NCBI RefSeq assembly: GCF_036971445.1
Contig: NC_091476.1
Coordinates: forward strand, 43,152,001 to 43,216,000
Source: Narcine bancroftii
Taxonomy: Eukaryota
DNA: 64,000 bases
Direction: 5' to 3'
In this document: positions 10,927 through 23,699 of the stretch, piece by piece
Layout of the letters: each line of letters opens with the position of its first letter
Position numbering within the stretch: the stretch's first letter is position 1
Made by a program: the position numbers and the translations under genes
Notes under the pieces: generated by a model
Seen by the model: only the letters and a program-made list of their open reading frames with translations
Database searches by the model: none
What the model was told of the DNA's origin: nothing

Positions 10927-11279
10927 CAGGCCTCACCTGTGGAAGGAAAAGCAGTTCAGGAACGAAACCTCTGATGAGAGTTAAAGGTGCAACACTTTTC
11001 CTGTGAACTGGATAATTAAGTGACGCTGAGTCCATGGCCAGATCAGCCACAATCTTATTGAGAGTTTAAACTAGTATTCCTCAAAATGATGGGTAAGCGA
11101 TGATTTGTTTCAACATGATGCCTGTGATTTGAGAGTGATTTCACCCACACAAAGTACTTCATATTGGACAAGGCACGACAATGAACTGACCTTTCTTCTA
11201 AAAATCTCCCAACAGTTAATCAATATAGGATTAAATCTGGATTTGATTCAGTTTCTCTTCTGACTGACCAGCAATGGTT

Positions 11280-11709
11280 CTACATGGAGCGCTGCCGACA
11301 GAGGGCAGCAACAATCATCAAGGATCTAAACTACACAGGACGTGCTCTATTCTCACTGCTGCCATCAGGAAAGAAGTATAGGTGCCACAGGACTCGCGCT
11401 ACCAGGATCAGGAACAGTTGTTACCCCTCCACCTTCAGTCTCCAAAACAACAAACTCAGTCAGAGACTGATTTCATGACTCTTACTTTACACATTATTTA
11501 TTACTGAATATTTATATTTTCTGTATTGCACAGTTTGTTTACATTTCTTTCTTTGTTTACATTTCTCCCTTTTACATACATATCTTTCTTCTCAAGTACT
11601 GTGTACGGTTACCAATAAGAAGAAATTCTGTCTGGCCTGCCGGGAAAAGAATCTCAGGGTTGTATGTGATGTCATTATTGTACTCTGACAATAAATCTGA
11701 AATCTGAAC
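11280..11709 (+). mobile_element. Rex1/Babar-like LINE 3' end
   Basis: C-terminal remnant LFSLLPSGKKYR...RIRNSCYP, 3' UTR, and an AATAAA(TCTGAAA)n tail shared with other copies. Confidence 0.8.
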
Positions 11710-13150
11710 TATTTACACAGAGGTGGGTACCTGGAATGGGCTGCCTGGTGCAGTTGTGGAAGCAAATACGAGAGTAGCTTTTCAGAGACTTCTTGATGGA
11801 AACGTGACTACTTAAGGATGAGAGGAATATGGATCTGGTGCTAACAGAAGAGCGTTAGTCCAATTGACATCATGTTTGGAGCAGATATCATGGGCCTAAG
11901 TCCTTGTGCTGTGCTGTTCTATGTTTCAAGATGCATACAAGTGCTCAAAGGTCCTTCAAGAACTGAAACATAGCTCTCGACTTCTGCTATTGCCAGCAGA
12001 CCGGGCTTCATTTCCAGCACATTCTCTTTATATTTTACATTTCCAGCATCTGTAGCTCATTTGATTTTCACTTTATTTATTTATTCTTTTGGTTTCAGAG
12101 ATTTGGGACAGTCTTCAATCCTTTACAATTGATGAAGTTTTTTGTGAAGTTGAAGATGGTTAATTCTGCTTCCTGCATGTTAACATAGAACATTACAGCA
12201 CAGTACAGACCCTCTGGCCCACAGTGTTGTGCCGATAACATTGTTAATAAATTTGTTATCAAAGGTCAAACCCTTAATTCCCCAACTGTGCAAAAAAATC
12301 TACCTTAAATATAATCAATGAGACAGCCTCTATGGCTTCCCTGGGCAGAGAATTGCACAACATTCACCACTCTCTGAGAAGCAATTCTTCCTCATCTTTG
12401 TCTTCAATCTCCTCTCTCAAATATGCCCCCTAGTCCTCATCTCAGCTACAATGAAAACAACTTTCCTGCCCCAATCTTACCTACTACTTTTATAATCGTG
12501 CGGGTTTCTATGGTTTACCTCATCCTCTGAATTCCAGAAAGTACAGACCTAAATGACTCCATCTTTCCTCAGAAACTAACTGCCCCCCCCCCCCCATTTC
12601 CACAACCTACCTACTGAACCTCCTCTGTTCTCCCCCCAAAACCACTGCATCCTTTTTCAAGGAAGGAGGCCAAAACTGCAAGCAATATTCCAGATGTGGC
12701 CTCACCACTACCCTGTACAGCTGCAGCAGAACTTGACTGCTTTTCATTTCAATCCCTCCAGCAATGAAGGCTAACATTCCATTTGCCTTCTTGATTACCT
12801 GCTACTCCTCCAAACCAACCTTTTGTCATTTATATACAAACTCTCCCAATAGGCTGCGTCATTGAATCCATTTTATACACAGATAGAATTTTGCTCATTA
12901 GGGCCATTAAGGGTTATGGGGAGCAGGTGGCTAAGTGACACTGAGTCCATGGCCAGATCAGCCACAATCTTATTGAAAGTGGAGCAGGTTCGATAGGTTG
13001 AATGGCTGACCCCTGGTCCTGTTTCTTATGTTCATCTGTTGATCAAGGGTGAAAATGATGATTCTGGCAAAATCAACCCGGATCTGATTGAATGATGGAG
13101 AATGAGCAAGGGGCTAGTGGTTTTCCCCTGCTTCTAATTTCCTACGTTCA
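11710..13150. mobile_element. Cluster of decayed CR1-like LINE 3' fragments, both strands
   Basis: Recurrent GTGGG..CCTGGAATGGGCTGCC, CTGTGCTGT..TGTTCTATG tails and the reverse complement CATAGAACATTACAGCAC. Confidence 0.6.
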
Positions 13151-13269
13151 CACAGCAAGCTCCCAGAAGCAGAAATGCATTGGATCATTAGACAAAGTTT
13201 CTAGGGTATACTGATGGAGCAAACAATTGGCCTGGACACAGAAAATCTTCCCGACCTTCCCTCAGGAGC

Positions 13270-13640
13270 AAAAGACAGAATTCTGTGGACACTGTGGCTG
13301 AAGTAAAAACACACAATGCTGGAGAATCTCAGCAGGTAGAACAGTGTCCTTCATGTGGCAAAGGCAAAGATACAGAACCAACATTTTGGGCTTGAGCCCT
13401 TCAAGAAAGTATGAGAAAATGCTGGTGAGTGTCAGAAAAAAAAGAGTGGAGGGTGGAAGTTCAAGAGATGATGGAAGGAGAAGGGAGGGAGGGGACAGCA
13501 GCACTGGTTGGGGGGCACGGAAAGGGAGGAAATGAGGGAGGGGGAAGAAAAGGTGAGCAGGTTTAATAGAAAGCAGTGAAGTCAATATTCATGCCATCTG
13601 GCAATGGGGTGCCCAGATGGAAAATAAATGTTGTTCATTC
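13270..13640 (-). mobile_element. Penelope-like element 3' remnant
   Basis: ACACAATGCTGGAGAATCTCAGCAGG terminus, GGGCTTGAGCCC hairpin and a GIY-YIG C-terminal remnant at 13580-13637. Confidence 0.7.
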
Positions 13641-13824
13641 CTCGGAAACTGACTTGTGCGATGAGTTGAACACCTTACCCAAAAGGTGAGAATTTGGACA
13701 GAGCATCACACCCTCCGTACAGCACTCAGAATGGATCTTGTGGTCACGCCTCTGGATCTGGATTCGAACCCATAACCAAAGATGAGAGAGTTGTGCATCA
13801 AACCACTTTTGACTTCAAGAAGGC

Positions 13825-14407
13825 TATTAAATAAAATAACAGAAAACAATATGCCAAAGAATCCAGAGACCTTTCTCCTAAGTAACATAAAAAACAAAGA
13901 ATTTGGAATTGATTTGGAGGATGCACAAAAAAGATTTGTTAAGATAGCCCTAGCCGTAGCAAAAAAATGTATTATGTCAACCTGGAAATTGGAAGATAAT
14001 TTGAAAATACAACAATGGTATATAGAAATGAATAAATGTATTCCATTAGAAAAAATAACATATAGTTTAAGAAATAATATTGAAATATTCGAACAAGTAT
14101 GGGAGCCTTACATTAAATACAATAGCGAAAACCTACCGGGGACAAACATTACCTAAGTTGATGGAAGGAGAAGGAAAGAAAAGAATGGACTCAGTAGAAT
14201 TTCTGGTGTATTTTTGTTGAATGACAACATTGTCTGACTGGTTTAATGCAACCTAGATTGTATACCTAAAATGGATGAGGGGGGGTGGGGGGGTGGCTTG
14301 GGAGGAGGGGGGGGGAGAAAAAGTCACTGTATATGTGTGAAAAAGAAAAAGTGTATATCATGGCTAATGTGATTTATGGTGTGAAAAATAAAAAAATTTA
14401 AAAAAAA
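13825..14407 (+). mobile_element. 5'-truncated copy of the young L1 family
   Basis: Near-identical to 6819-7422 (ORF2 C-terminus ...LPGTNIT*, 3' UTR, poly(A)). TSD AAGAAGG(C/T)TATTAAAT at 13817-13832 and 14408-14423. Confidence 0.95.
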
Positions 14408-14599
14408 AAGAAGGTTATTAAATGTTGATTCACTGCAACAGACTTAATCTATCAAATTTCTAAGTAGTCAGTGAACACATTCCTGACTACATCCACTCTA
14501 GTCTCCAGGAAATTTTGTTTGCATTTTTCTTTTGGCTAATGTCGATCAGATTTATATCTGACCTTTAAACTTGAACTTGCAACTGGGTTGTGCAGAAGC

Positions 14600-15440
14600 A
14601 TAGGACCAGAGAACACTACAGTATAGAAACAAGTCCTTCAGTCCATCTAGTCTGTGTCAAACTATTTATTCTGCCATGAACCACTGACTTGAATCTGGAC
14701 CATATTCCTCCATGCCCCACCCATCCTTGTACCTGTTCAAATTTTTTCTGAAATGTCAAAATGGGCCACCATGCACCATTTCAATTCCACACTCCCACTA
14801 CTCTCTGTGTGAAGAAGTTCCCCTGAATATTCCCCTTAAACATTTCACATTTCACCCTTAACCCATGTCCTTTAGTTCTTGTCTCACCCAACCTCTGTGA
14901 AAAAAGCCAGCTTGCATTTACTCTATCCATACCCTCATATTTTGTATACCTCATCAAATCTCCTCTCACCTATGATCCAGGGAATTAAGTCCTAATCTGT
15001 TTAACTTTTTCCTGTAACTCAGTTCCTCAAATCCTTCAACATCGTTGTAAATTTTTATTAATTTTTGTTGAACTCTCCCAGATAGATGAGTCTAAAACTG
15101 AAGGGCACATATTTAATGTGAGAGGGGAAGGAATTAAAAGTGACCTCAGGGGCAGTTTCTTCACATAGAGTGTGGTGGGGGTGTGGAATGAGTGACCAGA
15201 AGAAGTGGTAGATACAGGAACAATTCTCCCAGAGCCCACACTACTTGTGGTCAGGGTTACTGAGATGGGCACCACCACCTTGGGCATGGACCCTTGTGGG
15301 TCTCTGTTGGACAACCCACCTTTGCACCAGTATATGGTTTGGAAAAATTTCAAGGAGTATGGGCTGATTGCAGGGGAATGGTAAAAACTTGGTCACATGG
15401 ACATGTTGGGTTGAAGGTCTGGTTTCTGTGCTGTTGAACT
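14600..15440. mobile_element. CR1-like LINE 3' fragments (minus ~14600-15060, plus ~15075-15440)
   Basis: Minus ORF remnant TRTKGHGLRVK...GNFFTQRVVGVWN, a CR1 ORF2 C-terminal signature. Confidence 0.75.
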
Positions 15441-16839
15441 CTAGGTGCTGAGTAGAGAAGGTGGATGAGTGACACATGGTAACGAGAAATATGATGGGCC
15501 AAATAGCCTTTGGCAAGATTGTGTCTCTTCTGTGGCTGTGGGATCAAGTACTGCTGAGTATTTTCAGCGTCCTCTGAATCTTGTTGTAAATTAACACTCA
15601 GATGTAGAATTTTTCAATGGGTAAAGTAACGATGTCAGCAACTCAAGGCTGAAATCTGAAATTTAACAAGGATCATGATGAACTGCACAATGGAAATAAA
15701 AAATGTTTTATCTTTTCTGAAGGCCAGCTTTTACCCAGGAATGTTTGACAGGTAGTATCACAGGAATGAGGTTGCCAATGTTGTAGAAAAAATAAATTCA
15801 GGAACCACCGTGACACAAAGCAGTAATAGTAACTGAATACAGAGTCTCCAACACCCAGGGGTAATCTTAGTCCATTGCTTACCCACCCTCAGGGCGCCTC
15901 TCAGTACTGACCGAGGAAAAGCAAACCGTGGTGCTGATGAGGAGCCAAGCAGGCTTATTTTGGTATTCATGAATTCATCTGGCATTTTCTCACTGTTCGA
16001 ACATGAAGCTCCCAGCTTTAATGGAGCATATCCATTCACTGTAGCTGTCCGATCAATACCTCGTAGACAATCTGAAGCAGCAAGTGGCTTGGTGTGAGGC
16101 TTTCAATTGCTGATCCCCTCACTGGTCCTGTTGCTGTGGTTCCCCCACACTGCAAAGTCCTTTCCCATGCTTAGGGGTGCATGGTGTTCCCCAACTCTGG
16201 ATCCCAGCGCCTTTCCACTGCTCCCCCTGAACCTGTGGTCTAGGAAACTGAGCGTGGGCATCACCATCTGGGGCACACACCATCATGGGTCTTCAATGGA
16301 CAACCCACTGCCGGCCCTGTTCTACAGGCGTTTTAAACCTGAATGGGGCCATCAGGTGTAATGACCGAGCAGTAGGACCGAGCAGAGGGGTGTGGGAAAA
16401 CCATGGTCCAACTCCCCGTTCCCTTGGGTCTGCACCAAACAATAGCACAGTCATTACTGCAGCTGCAACAGTATTGATATCCTTCCTTCACACCTCTCGA
16501 TCAGCCTTTCTTCACCGTCCTCTCACATCTCAAATATGCATTTTACCATTAATATCATCCCGTGGGCCTTTACAGCCTGACCTGTTTTACTTCACAAATA
16601 CCTGGCCTACTTCAGCAGAGCAGGCACTGACAAAATAAGATCTGCACAAGTGACAACATTTAATTAAAATCCGCCTACAAAATGCCTGAAGTGGAGTTCA
16701 GGTCAATGCACCCCACATATTGGTTCTTAATTACCAATTGTTCTCATGCATTTAAAAAATCTCAGTCCACTCACTGCCGAAGTTCAACAAAGACTTTGAT
16801 TATATTATTTCTGAGTGATAATTATGCTTTAGATGCACA

Positions 16840-17130
16840 GAAACATGGAATAGTAGAGCACAGAAACAAGCCATTTGGCCCATCTAGTCTGTGCCAAACT
16901 ATTATTCTACCTAGTCTCACTAACGTCTATCACCTCTCCCCTCATTCTTCTATGCTGCAGGGACCAAAGCCCCAACCTGTTTAACCTTTTCCTGTAACTC
17001 AGTTCCTCCAATCCCGCCAACATTTTTGTAAAGCTTCTCTGCACTCTTTCAATCTTATTGGTATCTTTCCTGTAGTTGGCGACCAAATCTGCGCAGAATA
17101 CTCCAAGTTTGACCCAACTAATATCTTATC
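16840..17130 (-). mobile_element. CR1-like LINE 3' fragment
   Basis: Matches the 14600-15060 copy (CCATCTAGTCTGTGCCAAACTATT, CTTTTCCTGTAACTCAGTTCCTC). Confidence 0.7.
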
Positions 17131-18242
17131 TATTTCAGAGAGTTGTTTCCTATTAAATAGATTTGACCTTTCAGCTGTTCTTGGGTCGTTCTAATTTCGG
17201 AAAGTGGTTGGGTTGATGTGATCCCAGCAACTCGATTAGACTTCCTCCTAAGTTCAGTCATTTCATCAGTATGCCACAGTTACCTAAAATACCCAGATCC
17301 AAAGCTACATAACGGACCCTGGACATCCAACATCCTTGCTTTAAGAATTTATTATAGTTTGCTTCTCTGGAAGAAAATTAATGCACCACCTTTGCATTTC
17401 ACAAGCACTAGAACCTTTCCAGCCTTGCTGTTGTTGCATGACCCGCCCACCCATCACTCTGGTGAAGAGGATGGTGAGGAGGGGGATGAGAAAGAAGATT
17501 CTTGGTAAAGGAGGTGGAAGGGGAATGGGAGTTCAAAGTCCCTAACAACATTGTTCACTTTCTGCTCTTGTTGATCTTTTACACTGTAACTCTTTACCCT
17601 GTGAACCCTCCTCCTGCTCTACTTTATACAGCTGTATGTTAGAGCAAACTTTCTAAACTGCTCGCAGAAGAGCCCTTCTCACTGCATTAGAAGCAAATGA
17701 CACATACAATTAACAAAGGCCCAGATTTCTGTTAAAAGAGGTGTAAACAATTATTACTCCACATTGGAAAAAGGTGAGAACATGCCCCATTTCCATGTGA
17801 CAGTACGTTTCCCAAAGGGAACCAGGTCAGCTCGCTGGGCTAGCCAGCTTTTCGCCTGAGCTCCTGGAAGCTCCATACCTCCAACCCATTTCACCACTTC
17901 TCATCTTGCAATTCTTCTATTGAGTTCCCTTCTGAAGTTACCATTGAACCTGCTGAGGAAGCATATTTGTCTTGTACATCTATTGTTTGCTGTATGTGTG
18001 TTATATCTGGTTGTGTGTCTGCATGTTTAACACTGGGGTTTGAAGAACATTGTTTTGTCAGGTTGAACTTCTACAATCAGATGGCAATAAACTTGATTTG
18101 ACTTGAAAATGCAACCTAGTCCACCAATCATCGGCTTTGAACTCCACCAGCACCCATCATTCAATTCTCACTCACCAGGATCTGAAATGATTGGTGCTGA
18201 ACATCTCGATGCAGGAGAAGTGGACCCAGTAGATGTATATAA

Positions 18243-19091
18243 CAGAGGCATCACTAGGGTTGATGTAACCCAGTGTGGTAACTCATGGTGTCACCACACC
18301 CCTACCATGGACCTCCTCACGTATCAGCCCATATAGAATCTTTAGTAATGTTTTTTATACTAATGTTAATCGTATATCTCAATTCCCATATATCATTGAA
18401 TGTAATGGCAATAGTAAGGAGATAAACAACTAGCAAAATTAAAATTACACCTTTAAATTACAATATCATACGGATAGCCTTAAGATATTTACATAGTTTT
18501 GTTAATTTTAATGCTAAACTTCATTGTTACATGACATATCTTAATGGATTAGGTTTGCATAATTATTCTGTAAGATATTTCTACATTGAATTACCACATT
18601 ATAAGTTACAACATTTTTAGTAACTGAGCGGCGCCTTTTTTCATTTTTCTCCTTTTTTTCCTTTAACTACTACTTCTATCTCAAAAAAGTTATTGATATA
18701 GGTTCACAAACACGAATTGCCACAATATGGTGGCTAAAACACCAGAGAATTTAACAAAAGCAGCGACTATAAAAACACCAGCGGCAATGAAAACAACAGC
18801 GCATGCTTGTAGCAGGTGCAGACGAATCCACGTGATTCAAAGCGTCATTGCAATTGGGTAATGATGACAGCTCTGACCGAGGTGCATTATCAAGTTCAAA
18901 AAGTAAATCAGCATAGAGTTTTATTCTTGTTCTGGGCTTACGGAAGATGTTTTTGTGGTTATAACTAACTACAGGGATATTTTTATTTAAAAAAATAATA
19001 AATTTCTGCTGAAAGACTGCAGAAAAAGTTTATAGAAAGTCAGCTCCTCCCACCGCCCACCCTCCTCCAATCCCCTCTAATGCTACCAGTG
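18243..19091. mobile_element. Non-autonomous hAT-type DNA transposon (~850 bp)
   Basis: 5' end CAGAGGCATCACTAG and decayed 3' end CTAATGCTACCAGTG (10/15 inverted match). Subterminal GTGTCACC-like motifs and AT-rich interior. No recognisable TSD. Confidence 0.6.
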
Positions 19092-20039
19092 ATGACATGG
19101 ATGGGAATCTATCTGAGGTGAATGGGCAAGTGAGAATAAAGCAGGAGACATGTTGTTCAAGACAGATGAGTTGGGCCTGTTACTGTGCTGTAAGATTCTA
19201 TTCCCATTTGCCATATCCTTCTCAAACCTTCCTGCCCATAAACCTCTCCAAACATCTGCTGGAGGTTGTATCTTGGACCCATTCTGCAGCCTCCTCCTAC
19301 TGGTCATTCTATTTCAGGACCGCCCTCTGGTTAAAAAAAAAATTGTCCCCTTAAATCTCTCCCCCCTCACTTTAATCCTCTAGTCTAGATTTGGCTTCTG
19401 TATGGCAGGGCAGGGATCATTATAGTTCTGTTTTGAACTCTTGCCCCTCAAGCTTCCTCAGTCAGTCAAAGGCTCTGCTAGCACACCATAGAATGTATTA
19501 TGTCGACATCTGCTCTGGTTCTATGTGATGTTGTCCACATTTCTCTGGACTCACAGAATTCTCCAGTCCTCTGCAGGGCAAATCTAATCTCTGGGGATTT
19601 TGGTCTTGTAGGATTGAGGGAAGTAAGTGAGTCATTTTAAAATAATCTTACTTTTGTTCGGTGTATAATGATTTTTGTGTCTTTAATGAGATTTTAATGC
19701 TTTTTTATCCCTTTAATCATTTACCAACATTAATGATTTTTAAATGTTTCTAAATATGAAAGACATTAAAAGCTGTAGTATCAACTGAAAGCTATGATAA
19801 AGGACAGAGATTGTCCCAGGGATGGGGTTTTCTTACTTAAAAGTCTCTCATTGTACGGACCACTCCACCAGTCTCCAAAGTGTTCAAATTTCATTTGTTT
19901 GTCACACGTCCCCAAGTGCAGAGATGAAGTTTGTTGTGCAGGCAGTCCAGCAAGGTATCTGATGCAGAGCACAGCAAGTAAATACAGTGTAGAGTTATAC
20001 AGAGAGAAATGAGCTCTGAGTTCATGTAACATAATAACA

Positions 20040-21057
20040 ACCCTCTCTTTCACTGGATTCTGGAATTCCTAACGGAAAGTCCACAGTCTGTCCAAGTTGG
20101 TAGCAGAACATCAAGCACCGTCACGCTGAGCACTGGTGAAACTCAGGGCCGTGTGATCAGTCCACCCCTGTTCACTCTACTGACCCACAACCGAATTGCC
20201 AGATCTCGCACCAACACAGTCACCAAGTTACAAATGAAACAACACCAGCAATAATGAGTCGCTCTACAGATATGGTGTGAGAGTAACAACCTGAGTCTCA
20301 ACGTGGACAAAACAAATAAGATGATCATAGTCAGGAGGACCAGTAATGACCCCCCTCCACTACACTTCAATAACTCTGGAGTGGAGAGAGTGGAAAGCAC
20401 CCAGTTCTTTGAAGTTCACTTAACTAGTGGCCTATTGTGGACACTCAATATCTCCTCATTTGTCAGGAAGGCACCACAGCAACTGCACTTTCTGAGAAAA
20501 CTGAAGTGGGCAAAGCTACTGGCGATCATCAGGTCAACCTTGAACAGGAGCTCTATTAAAAATTTCCCAGCTGGCTGCTTCATAGTATGGTATGGTTGCT
20601 GCAGAGAAATGAATTAGAGATCAATTCACAGCTACCATAAGAGTGGCAGAGAGAATCGTGGGAGTCTCCCATGATGTTCAAGGATTGTTGTCCGAAGAGG
20701 GCACGCACAATCATTGAGGACCCCTTCCATCCCACACAACATCTTTCAGCTGCTCCCATTGGGAATAGATACAGGAGGATCAGAGCCAGGGGTGCCAGGC
20801 TGAGGAACAGTTCCTTCCCATGGGCAGCAAGAATGCTGAACAACTAAAGGAACTGCTCACACTAACCATCCGAGACTCTCATATTCATGAAAGTATTTAT
20901 TTATTTATATGAAGACTTGTCCTACTTATATATTTTATATATATTATATATATGTGCGTTATGTCTGGTTGTGTGTCTACAGGTTTTGCACCAAAAATTA
21001 GAGAACAGATTCATTTGATTGTACTTGGGAAATCAGATGACAATAAACTTGACTTGA
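20040..21057 (+). mobile_element. Rex1/Babar-like LINE, RT to 3' end, pseudogenised
   Basis: Remnants VERVESTQFF.VHLT, RKAPQQLHFLRKLK and YRSSI-like motifs; tail AATAAACTTGACTTGA. Confidence 0.8.
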
Positions 21058-21489
21058 TAATTTTACTAATGTGAGGTTCAATCAGGAGTCTGATAACAGT
21101 GGGAAAGAAACTCTCCTTGAATCTTTGAGGTTCAGTAGGTGAGCAAAGATGGGTGGCGTTCATCAGCTGTACCCTGGGTTCCGTCCAATGACCATGCTGC
21201 AAAGAAGGAGGCTATTTAGACAATTTTTGCTATACTAGCCTGAGGAAGCAACTGTCAAATTATTCCCTTGTTTCTCTACTCATTGAAGTTTGAATTATCT
21301 TCCTTCCAGTACAGTTGTGATACGGTTAAGTTACTGGATCTGTGGCTCAGGTGCCTGGATTATTAATTTGGAGCAATGAGTTTGAATCTCACCAGCAGCT
21401 AGGAAATTTAAGTCAAACCAATTAAAAGAATAATTGATCGGAGGTAGTTGGCTTGGATTCATGGAGGGATGTCCAAGTTTAAAACAGAA

Positions 21490-22200
21490 TCTACTTCAGT
21501 TAGGAATATGGGTCAAGGAGGTCCAAATGGAATTTAACTCTGATGTGTGAGATGTACTTTGGTGAGTTAAATCAGGGCAGGAGTTACAGGGTGAATGGTA
21601 AGGTCTTGGAGAGTGCTTAGAACAGAGGAACCTTGGAATACAAGTGCATGATTCCTTGAATGTACAACTTAGATCAGTGGTTCTCAACCTTTTTCTTTTG
21701 ACTCACAGCATAGGGAATACTTAAAGTGGTATGCAAGTGCCCTGTGATTAGTAATGGATTGCTTAAGCATGTGGGTGGAAAGAAAAAGGTTGAAAGCCAC
21801 TATTTTAATTGTATCTAATTGACTCATTATGTTCATGACTTCATAACTCCAAAGGAAGTGGGCCAATGACATTTTATCTCAAGCAAAATATTTCTGTAAC
21901 AATTGGGTCTACAGCAGTGATTCTCAGCCTTCCTTTCCCACTCACATGCCACCTTAAGCAATCCCTTACTAATCACAGAGCACCTATGGCATAGGGATTA
22001 TTTAAGGTGGTATGTGATTGGAAAGAAATAGGTTGAGAACCACTGCTTTAGAACCAGGGACAATTATAAAAGATATTTGGACAGATGTATGGATAGGAGG
22101 ATCTTAGAGGGATATGAACCAAATGCAAGCAATCTACAGGCCCAGAATAACAACTTGCTCAGCATGGATTAATTGGGCTGAAGGCCCATTCTGTGCTGAC
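21490..22200 (+). mobile_element. CR1-like LINE fragment interrupted by a hAT MITE
   Basis: CAAATGGAATTTAACTCTGAT.. RT remnant and a CR1-type 3' UTR lie on either side of 21675-22045. Confidence 0.6.
21675..22045. mobile_element. hAT (Charlie-like) MITE with dimeric internal structure
   Basis: TIRs CAGTGGTTCTCAACCT / AGGTTGAGAACCACTG. Flanking 8-mers ACTTAGAT and CTTTAGAA share a TTAGA core. Confidence 0.9.
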
Positions 22201-22916
22201 TGCCTCTGCTACTCAATGACTCAAAATTTCTGACAAGACTATTGTAGACCAGGAGACTGCCAGTTTACAAGTGATTCCATGTTGCTCATTAATGATGTTG
22301 CAGGATGCAAATCTAAGGCCTTAATCTGCCTGGTCCATGTGCAACTTCTTGATGGTTGACTTCTAACCGAGATGCTGCATCAGCCACTTATTGAGGGGAC
22401 AAAGAGAACAAACAATAAATGTCCTTTATGAACAGATCCCAAATGCCCTTCGGTTTGTGTAAAATCTGAAACCACTTGCACGTCCCATCAATTCTCACCA
22501 TTTCCTTTTCAAGTTAAATTGAATGCTGGTCCCTGAATTCATTAATTCTAAGAATTTTCAAAGAAAAACAAGACCACATTTTCAAAGGTTCCTTCTATTG
22601 TCCTTTCAATTTGCTTCTTACGATTGGATTCATGGAAAACCTCTGCACAGCCTGCACAGGATATTTCCATTTAGAATTTGCTTTGATGGTTCAAGAACTG
22701 ATTCATCCTATTTGTTAGATCTGAAGGCAAAGTTACAGAGTCTTGTGGTTGTAATTTCACGTAATGATCAACTGGAAGCAAGTCTCACTTGTACAAAATC
22801 TGAAAATATACAAGGAGATTCATAGGCTTCGTTGTTGGAAGGTCCTTCTACCACGCTGTGTCATTAAAATTGAAATAAAATAAATATAAAGATAAGGGAG
22901 TCTAAAATGAGAGGAC

Positions 22917-23697
22917 ATAATAAATACGAGGTTACGCATGATACAATATAATTGGTTACACAGGCTATATATCATGCCCCCAAAGTTAAATAAATGGGAT
23001 CCAACATTATCAGATAGATGTTTTCGCTGTAAAAAGGAAACAGGAACAACAGTACATGCAATTTGAGCATGTGAGAAAGTGAAAAAGTTTTGGGAAGATC
23101 TAAATCAGGTATTGAATAAAATCACAAAAAACAGACCAAAAAATCCAGAAATTTTCTTCTAAGTAATGTAAGAAGTAAAGAATTAGACCTTAAACTGGAT
23201 GAAGTACAAAAAAGATTTATTATGATAGCCTTAGCTGTAGCAAAAAAATGCACAATGTCAACTTGGAAATCAGAAGAGAGCCTGAGTACAGCAATGGTAC
23301 ATAGAAATGAATAAATGTATTCCATTGGAAAAAAACATAATTTAAAAAATAAAGTCACATTATTTGAACAAATTTGGGAACCGTACATGGAACACAACAG
23401 AGAGGGCTTGCCTTGGACCTTCACCCCCTAAAATGATAAGACGACAAAATGAGCTGATCCAGTGTGTAAAAGTAGATGACACAATTTTCTTGTTTATTTT
23501 CACTGTGTGATGACATTGTTTAATGTGTTTATTGTATTGTATATGTAGAATATTTAATGAGTTTGGAGGGGGGTGGGAAGGAGGGAGGGAAGGTAGGGGG
23601 GAAAAGGGGGAAGAAAATGCCACTGTGTTTATTCAAGAGGGAAATGTTTGTGTGTATTTTGATTAATATGGTTCATAGTGTGAATTTTTTTTTTAAA
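22917..23697 (+). mobile_element. 5'-truncated L1 of an older subfamily
   Basis: ORF2 C-terminus homologous to 6628-7150 but frameshifted, with a different 3' UTR. Degenerate TSD TAAAATGAGAGGACAT at 22903-22918 and TAAAACGAGAGGCAT at 23698-23712. Confidence 0.9.
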
Positions 23698-23699
23698 TA

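Noticed and set aside
13782-14156. 124-aa ORF as a host gene
   Set aside because: It is the L1 ORF2 C-terminus fused by chance to an upstream ATG in flanking DNA.
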